64,000 bases of DNA from NCBI GenBank assembly GCA_032718475.1, contig JAUCBJ010000128.1, forward strand, positions 9,514 to 73,513, written 5' to 3'. Positions 62,953 to 64,000 of this stretch are shown piece by piece. The notes beneath the pieces were generated by a model. The model was given only the letters and a program-made list of their open reading frames with translations. It was not told where the DNA came from and searched no databases. Position numbers and translations under genes: made by a program. Position 1 is the first letter of the stretch. Every line of letters begins with the position of its first letter. The DNA is from Nemertoderma westbladi (taxonomy: Eukaryota; Animalia; Xenacoelomorpha).

Positions 62953-64000
62953 TGTTACGGTATATGGCGCTGTATCCACATTATTAGCCATTATGCAGTA
63001 TAATATATTAGTCCGTTATACTGTACGCAATATTGTTGTGCAGCATAATATTTTAGATAAGGCATAATAGCGCAGTGATATTTAGATAGGGAAATCGAAA
63101 CGCCCATATATTTTGAATCCATCCATTTTGTATAGTATGTAGCCCTACCTACGTAATTTTGTATTAGGATATAGGTAGATAGTTCCAGGGTAGCAAGTTC
63201 AGTGGACCCTGGATTTTGTGCTTGCTGTTATTAGCTTCAATAGGGCTAGCATATAGGGACGCTATCCTGACCATTCCGCAGCCAGGGACATGATCCATTA
63301 CCATATATGGTAATAATTTGAGGGTTTGGGGAGCAATAGGGCTACAATCCGGCCTCCTTATTGGACTAACTGCTTCCAGGTTGGCCTAATGCTAGCGCGG
63401 ACTGGAGAGCCAATAGGAGAGCGATTGAGTCACCTTATTGCATCACCCCACTCGGATCACCTATAAATTGGCGGTTTGCCGGTAGAGCTGTACCTATCTT
63501 GTATCCACCACACTTCCCACACTCACGTGATAATCTGTAGGTGTACAGTTAGAAGTATAATTTTGCGTATTTCTGCAATTTGCTATTTTTTTGATTAATT
63601 TCTTGAGATGATTTGCTAGTGCTATTATTCTTGATTGCGTTTCTCAATTAATCCTATCGATTACTGCTAATTACAACCGGAACTATGATTTCTACCCCTT
63701 TTGTTAATGGTTCTATGTGATTCATTTCTACGCAATAATCCTAAGGGATTTTCTGAGACTGTCAGACTTTTGTGATTTTGCATGCGCCGCTACGGTAGCT
63801 ATTCAATTAAATGAAGGGCTAAGGTGCCGGTAAGCGGTGGGCGCATCGGGGGGTTGGGCGACGAAGGGAGAGCGGAGGATTCAAAGGCGGGCAACGCTGG
63901 CGGGGGGTCCACGTTGCGGTCGGGCAATTTGGGCTGTAGGTTGGAGACCGCTCGCTGGTACAGTAATTAGGGGGCTGATGATCCAGGTTTTGTCTCTATT
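62953..64000 (+). repeat. Probable 3' LTR (U3/R part) of element D
   Basis: Starts TGTTA directly after GGAGCGG and contains CCAAT (63410) and TATAAAT (63462-63468). No partner copy is visible. Confidence 0.55.

Larger units (their letters stand above)
49750..64000 (+). mobile_element. BEL/Pao LTR retrotransposon D, near full length and decayed; 5' LTR truncated, 3' LTR probably runs off the window
   Basis: Long leader, gag-pol 52011-60279, an extra 3' ORF, and GGAGCGG+TGTTA at 62946-62957 (same PPT-like word as in A). No LTR pair is visible within the window. Confidence 0.85.

Overview
Eukaryotic (probably invertebrate animal) genomic DNA dominated by transposable elements, with no prokaryotic features. 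Bases 1008-27399 are a four-layer nest with every boundary marked by a target-site duplication (TSD). A non-autonomous DNA transposon (11-bp TIRs, ATTA TSD) contains a minus-strand BEL/Pao LTR retrotransposon A (1068-25870, TSD TGTAG). A contains a very young plus-strand BEL/Pao element B (8814-21494, TSD CTGCC), and B's integrase contains an RTE-type LINE (17202-18690, 12-bp TSD). Two intact intronless host ORFs follow (HTATIP2/TIP30-like and WDR46/Utp7-like). After them come MITEs, a decayed LINE, two Helentron/DINE-like elements and two further decayed BEL/Pao elements (C, truncated; D, near full length and running off the window). Main finding: neither A nor B has a tRNA primer-binding site. 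Instead, the 11-12 nt abutting the 5' LTR are the perfect reverse complement of a site inside the element's own LTR. This is the geometry of Tf1/sushi-type self-primed reverse transcription, which I know only from Ty3/gypsy chromoviruses and not from BEL/Pao. Other oddities: accessory non-env ORFs between pol and the 3' LTR, a strong excess of splice-donor/U1 motifs in the coding strand of D and A, 26-31 bp palindromic micro-elements with 8-bp TSDs, and a transposon-borne array of CTCF-like motifs. All coordinates and counts were read by eye, and no database searches were run.
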